This document shows, piece after piece, positions 50,511 through 55,103 of a stretch of DNA of 55,103 nt; position 1 is the first letter of the stretch; each line of letters begins with the position of its first letter. This stretch comes from Candidatus Babeliales bacterium (GTDB lineage: Bacteria > Babelota > Babeliae > Babelales > JABCYS01): NCBI GenBank assembly GCA_016929235.1, contig JAFGJD010000002.1:1-55103 (forward strand), written 5' to 3'. The notes beneath the pieces were generated by a model. The model made no database searches and was not told the DNA's origin. It saw only the letters and a program-made list of their open reading frames with translations. The translations under genes and the position numbers were made by a program.

Positions 50511-51023
50511 ATGCACAATAAACTACACATCTTACTTCTTGCCAGTTTTACTATGACATCGCTTAATACATTAGCCATGGACGGTGCCGCCCAAAAACTA
50601 AAAGAGGGGGGCGCTGCCGTACTAGATGCAGCTGAGGCCGCTGATGGAAGCATGCAGATCAATACTACCGGCTTTAGAACAGTACAAATCATTGGCACGG
50701 TCATGTTGGCTTCAGGTATTTTTGGACAAGCAATAAAAGCATTTGAACACGACACTGGGCTCAAGCTTTCCTCATGGGCTCCTATTAAGCACATTGAAGC
50801 ACTCCTTGGTAGTATTTTCATCGGATATATTGCAAGCGATCTTGCAGATGATGGTAAAGTAAATTCACCTATTTCTAGTGTTCAAGACAGAGATGGGCAT
50901 ATCACATGGCGATCATTGTTGGGCTTTTTCACTCGCAAGGCTCTCTGGACAATCCCTGCATACGCTGGATGGATTGGCGTAGATCAGGCAGTAAAACGTC
51001 CGGCTACAAATGAACGTAAATAA
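50511..51023 (+). CDS. Secreted/membrane hypothetical protein
   Basis: Signal peptide ending TLA then MD; several hydrophobic segments. Confidence 0.7.
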   Translation: MHNKLHILLLASFTMTSLNTLAMDGAAQKLKEGGAAVLDAAEAADGSMQINTTGFRTVQIIGTVMLASGIFGQAIKAFEHDTGLKLSSWAPIKHIEALLGSIFIGYIASDLADDGKVNSPISSVQDRDGHITWRSLLGFFTRKALWTIPAYAGWIGVDQAVKRPATNERK

Positions 51024-51114
51024 AGAGTTGCAACTCTGAGCAATGAGCAGTATATACAAAAGTGATTACCTGTTGTTATTGTCTTTCTCATAAAAATGGA
51101 GAAAAAATAATATC

Positions 51115-51579
51115 ATGTACAAGATCCAAAGACTCTTTTGTACAGCAACACTAACGATTGTATCGGCTGCTCTTTGTTCCAATTCGGTTGATAGTATTTC
51201 ACATGTCCCTCATTCACAACAGCCTCAAGAATCATTTTTGAAATTAGGCGAGCATATTATTGCAGAATTTCGCTACTGCAATAACCTGAATGCATTTGAA
51301 GAAATTGAAGAAGTCTTACACAATGCTGCCATAGCCGCAAACGCAACCATTCTTGGCATCGAAAAACATAAATTTTCACCATGTGGCATGTCAGGCATTG
51401 TACTTCTTCAAGAGTCACATATTTCCATTCATACATGGCCTGAATACGATTATGTTGCAATTGATATCTTCACTTGTGGAGAACATGTACACACTGATAA
51501 AGCACTCGCAGTATTGAAAGAATTCTTTGAGCCCAAAGAAGTAATCTCAGCCAAACTTAATCGTGGCTTTACAAAATAG
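51115..51579 (+). CDS. speD: S-adenosylmethionine decarboxylase proenzyme (class 1B) with signal-like N-terminal extension
   Basis: G.H.I.E, KF.P.G.SG...L.ESHISIHTWPE..Y.AID.FTCG. Confidence 0.9.
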   Translation: MYKIQRLFCTATLTIVSAALCSNSVDSISHVPHSQQPQESFLKLGEHIIAEFRYCNNLNAFEEIEEVLHNAAIAANATILGIEKHKFSPCGMSGIVLLQESHISIHTWPEYDYVAIDIFTCGEHVHTDKALAVLKEFFEPKEVISAKLNRGFTK

Positions 51580-51615
51580 TAAGGCCCTCGTCATTCGAAG
51601 ATCATCTTCCCTTTG

Positions 51616-51966
51616 CTATTCCCATTGGCCATAGTCGAGACGGCGACTAATAAACTGACCAAAGAACTCTGCTGGCTCTACTGATGGATAGCGTTCAGAA
51701 AACGTTTCCAGGGGACTTTTGCCTGATTTAGTATCTCTACAACAAACCATCCGCCAAGCATCTTCTGTTGGAAGATCGAGCAACCTACCCAAGACATCTG
51801 TATTTCCCTCAACAATCGCCTGGTTAAGCTGGTCACTTGTCACACAGAATTCTTCTCGAAACGGCCTGAATTCTGGATCCTTCATCAGAATTGTCATAAA
51901 ATCAGTGGCTGCGAGAGGTAGGAACAAACCCCCTAAAAAGCCGTAGACAAAAGACTTTATCTTCAT
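51616..51966 (-). CDS. Small secreted hypothetical protein (possible degenerate ankyrin-like)
   Basis: MKIKSF... signal-like N-terminus after GGAAAGG; L..AI..GN...L and GKSPL segments. Confidence 0.55.
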   Translation of the reverse strand: MKIKSFVYGFLGGLFLPLAATDFMTILMKDPEFRPFREEFCVTSDQLNQAIVEGNTDVLGRLLDLPTEDAWRMVCCRDTKSGKSPLETFSERYPSVEPAEFFGQFISRRLDYGQWE

Positions 51967-52114
51967 ATCGATGCCTTTCCTCATGATGCTGTCTTTCCGG
52001 ACATAGTTTACATAAAGTAAATTGATTTCTTTTAAGCCACCTAAGTTGTATCACAAATAGAATTGCTTCTCAAAAGGGGCCCAACCTATAAACTCTCTTC
52101 CCTGGGATATAAAC

Positions 52115-52142
52115 AAAAAAGGCCCCATTTAAGGGGCCTTTA
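52115..52142 (-). terminator. Intrinsic terminator
   Basis: aaggcccc/ggggcctt stem with T6 on the minus strand, downstream of 52174..52980. Confidence 0.75.
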
Positions 52143-52173
52143 TATTGAACAAAAGCTTTTTATTTATCTTTTT

Positions 52174-52980
52174 TTACCGTCTTGTCCATGATGTAGCCAT
52201 ATCATCACTATTAGGATCATCCAGAAGCGCTCGCATCATTGCATGAGCAAAAGGAGCATCTGGATCAAGAACGGCATAGTAACCGCCAGTACCACACTGC
52301 AATCGAGAGTGTAAGTTTCGAAGGTCCCTCAATCTTGCTTTATCAGGAGTACCATCAGCATGCTCAAACCCAGCACTTCTCAAGACCTCATGTTCTTCCC
52401 ATTTCAGCCCTGCATGAACTTGTCTATCATAGCAGTTAGTAGTGCGGCCGCCACCATATTGTGCATAAGAATTACAATGACGTTCTGTACGAGTTTCCCT
52501 TTGTCCACCAAAAACCTTTACTAGTGCGCGTCCAGCTAATTCAAGCTGCGCGGAACTTAGCCGTATGCTACCAAGAGTACCCGTCGACTTATACTCATAC
52601 TTCAATGAGTCTCTGTAACGTGCATACTCTTGTGCAGTATGATCTGCTCTGTCTACAAGTCCAGCTTGGAAGGCAGCACACGATTCTGCCCATCGTGCAT
52701 CATCGCTATCATCGAGCCAGCCCCGCGCCATAGCGCGTTCGACAAAGGAAGACTCTCCTAACGCCTCAGGAGCAACCCCATGACATGCCCACACGGCAAG
52801 AGCCGCTTCGCGCCCTACATCCTCATAACGACGATCCGCTTGCCCACCTACTGCAAGCAGAGCAAGTGATGCCCACATCGCAAAGGCCTTATTCAACCAC
52901 GCGGGCATTGCCCACAACATGCGGGAAGAAAGCAATAAAAACAAACCGCCCAAGACCTGGGCGAAACGTGTACGTTTCAT
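52174..52980 (-). CDS. Secreted hypothetical protein (GC-rich ORFan)
   Basis: ATG after GAAGGGA; signal peptide; own terminator. Confidence 0.7.
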   Translation of the reverse strand: MKRTRFAQVLGGLFLLLSSRMLWAMPAWLNKAFAMWASLALLAVGGQADRRYEDVGREAALAVWACHGVAPEALGESSFVERAMARGWLDDSDDARWAESCAAFQAGLVDRADHTAQEYARYRDSLKYEYKSTGTLGSIRLSSAQLELAGRALVKVFGGQRETRTERHCNSYAQYGGGRTTNCYDRQVHAGLKWEEHEVLRSAGFEHADGTPDKARLRDLRNLHSRLQCGTGGYYAVLDPDAPFAHAMMRALLDDPNSDDMATSWTRR

Positions 52981-53062
52981 ATAAAATCCCTTCCGTATAA
53001 AAAAACATACTACGATGTTGGATCATAGCAAAGAGATATAAAAAATGAAACAAAAAACTAGA

Positions 53063-54400
53063 TCAACATACCGTCGTATTTTGGGATACTGCATGTTCAT
53101 ATTGCTGTGCAATATCTCGCGCGATATAAAACCAGGCTGCCGCTAAAAGAAGACCAACACTGCTTGCACATGTAAGGAAAAGAGACAGACCCGCAAGCGG
53201 CCCGAATAGCTGTATCAAAGGAAATTTCAATGCGGTTATTGTTGATGCCATTGCCTTGGAACCGCGACCGGCAAAGACTTCAATCCATGCTTGTGTTTTC
53301 CGTCGAGCATCTTTAGTCGTTGGGATATATAATTGTTTTACCGAAGGTTGATTCAACGAATAGTTGAATGCCTTAAAACACAATACTACACCAAATGATA
53401 CTGCCATAATCGGCTTGCTCCACCAGACAATTATTCCAATACCAGAAAGAATTGGCATTAACATAAGTGATGCTTTGATACCAAGTTTACGCTGTATACT
53501 ACTAACACCAAATAATAACGAACACGTAGAAAGTATTCCTACCGCTACGGCAAACTGTGCTAAGTATTCTGATCGCAGAGCCTCAATCGGAAATGCATTT
53601 TTGACCTGAACTTTAAAATATAGATCCACCAATGTTGTAATAGTTTCATACAAACCCGCAATCAACAAAATCCTAAGCAAATAACGATGCTGTATCAAAA
53701 GTTGAAGACCCTCAAAAAATCCAGGGCGACCCTGTGTCGTTTTTGCCGGATGAAATTCAGATGCTGGTGTTGTCTTCATAAAGAACCACATTAAAACACC
53801 TATACATGCAATAAGGATTGCTATAATGACAACAATAGGTGCACTATTTTGAAATCCTAATCGACGGGCTCGTAAGAACCATGGTCCAATGATATTCCCA
53901 AATTGAGCACATAGAAAAATCAAAGGGAACCCACGCTTACCAGACTCTGGTGTAGATACCTCGGCAGCAATTGCCCAAAATAAAGGAACAAACATTGTCC
54001 CAGCGCTTTCAACAAAAACATACCATAACCACCCAATAATACGTGTTGGACTTTCAACCGTATTAGGTATCCCATATATAGGATCGTTTAAAAAGTACGC
54101 AAAGCACAAAGAACTCAGTGCATAGATAACGGTCAACATGTAGAATGCACGATGGAGAGTCATGTTTTCTACAATTTTTCCGTAAATCGTTAAAACACAA
54201 AGTAACACAAAGAGAGAAAATATTTTTGCAAACCCCGTATACTCGGCCCCGACAATCGATCCAAAGATCCCATCTTTAAGCGCAAGCATTGCCCAATAAG
54301 TAGCAATCAAACATCCGAATATAACGCCAAGGAACGAATACTTTCTGAACTCAGCTTGGCTTTCAAATCGACCAAAAATTGATGCTAAAAACAAATCCAC
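53063..54400 (-). CDS. NTT/TLC-family nucleotide transporter (ADP/ATP translocase-like)
   Basis: About 12 TM segments; YW...LKD, W..YVFVE, LFW..A.E, K...YSLN.P...LYIP, K..AWIE.F..RGSK. Confidence 0.88.
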   Translation of the reverse strand: MDLFLASIFGRFESQAEFRKYSFLGVIFGCLIATYWAMLALKDGIFGSIVGAEYTGFAKIFSLFVLLCVLTIYGKIVENMTLHRAFYMLTVIYALSSLCFAYFLNDPIYGIPNTVESPTRIIGWLWYVFVESAGTMFVPLFWAIAAEVSTPESGKRGFPLIFLCAQFGNIIGPWFLRARRLGFQNSAPIVVIIAILIACIGVLMWFFMKTTPASEFHPAKTTQGRPGFFEGLQLLIQHRYLLRILLIAGLYETITTLVDLYFKVQVKNAFPIEALRSEYLAQFAVAVGILSTCSLLFGVSSIQRKLGIKASLMLMPILSGIGIIVWWSKPIMAVSFGVVLCFKAFNYSLNQPSVKQLYIPTTKDARRKTQAWIEVFAGRGSKAMASTITALKFPLIQLFGPLAGLSLFLTCASSVGLLLAAAWFYIARDIAQQYEHAVSQNTTVC

Positions 54401-54458
54401 TCCTCATGCCTAGGTTTCCTAGACATAGTATAGCTTAGAATAAACATTAGGATTGTCC

Positions 54459-54492
54459 AAAAAAAACCCCGAAGTTTTACCTTCGAGGTTTT
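54459..54492 (-). terminator. rRNA operon intrinsic terminator
   Basis: Minus strand aaaacctcgaag-gtaaaa-cttcggggtttttttt just after the 5S gene. Confidence 0.8.
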
Positions 54493-54501
54493 ATAATTAG
54501 A

Positions 54502-54618
54502 TCCTGGCAGTACCTACTCTTCCAGCCCGTCACCAGGCAAGTACAATCGGCGTTGCAGACTTAACTACCGTATTCGGAATGGGAACGGGTATTTCCCTAC
54601 AACTATTCCCACCAGGAA
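54502..54618 (-). rRNA. rrf: 5S rRNA
   Basis: Reverse complement has cctggtgg...cccgttcccattccgaatacggtagttaag...gagtaggtactgccagg with paired ends. Confidence 0.96.
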
Positions 54619-54705
54619 ACTTATATATCAATTTTTCCTGTGTTCGAAATATTCGTAACGTAATAATAAACTTGAGTTTTTATCTCTTTTTACAAAGACA
54701 TTTAG

Positions 54706-55103
<398 letters not shown>

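Overview
Gene-dense bacterial chromosome segment using the standard bacterial code. Most highly expressed genes and the rRNA operon lie on the minus strand. Core content: recR, yidC, murC, rpsP-trmD-rplS, hflX, uvrD/pcrA, trpS, cdaA-like/cdaR/glmM, rpsO-pnp-rph-holA, the rpmG-secE-nusG-rplKAJL-rpoBC cluster, six CCA-encoding tRNAs, tsaE, an isolated atpG, murA, tdk, radA, and the 3' end of a 23S-5S operon. An NTT/TLC nucleotide transporter, a secreted ankyrin protein and many signal-peptide ORFans point to an intracellular, protist-associated bacterium, most likely Candidatus Dependentiae/Babelota (TM6); this is inference, not a database result. No CRISPR array, transposase, integrase or prophage was seen. 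The most unusual signals are modified core machinery and exported proteins. (1) An M-domain-only Ffh at the canonical ffh position, with altered SRP-RNA-binding motifs. (2) A CdaA-like protein lacking DGA/RHR in an intact cdaA-cdaR-glmM operon. (3) A signal-peptide ORFan splitting rplJ-rplL. (4) An unknown ~300-aa module fused in frame to NfeD. (5) Signal-peptide-bearing MutS-like, SpeD and PLD proteins. (6) A Cys-rich insert in RpoB. (7) A tandem pair of helical secreted proteins resembling a bipartite pore-former. All homology calls were made by eye from motifs.
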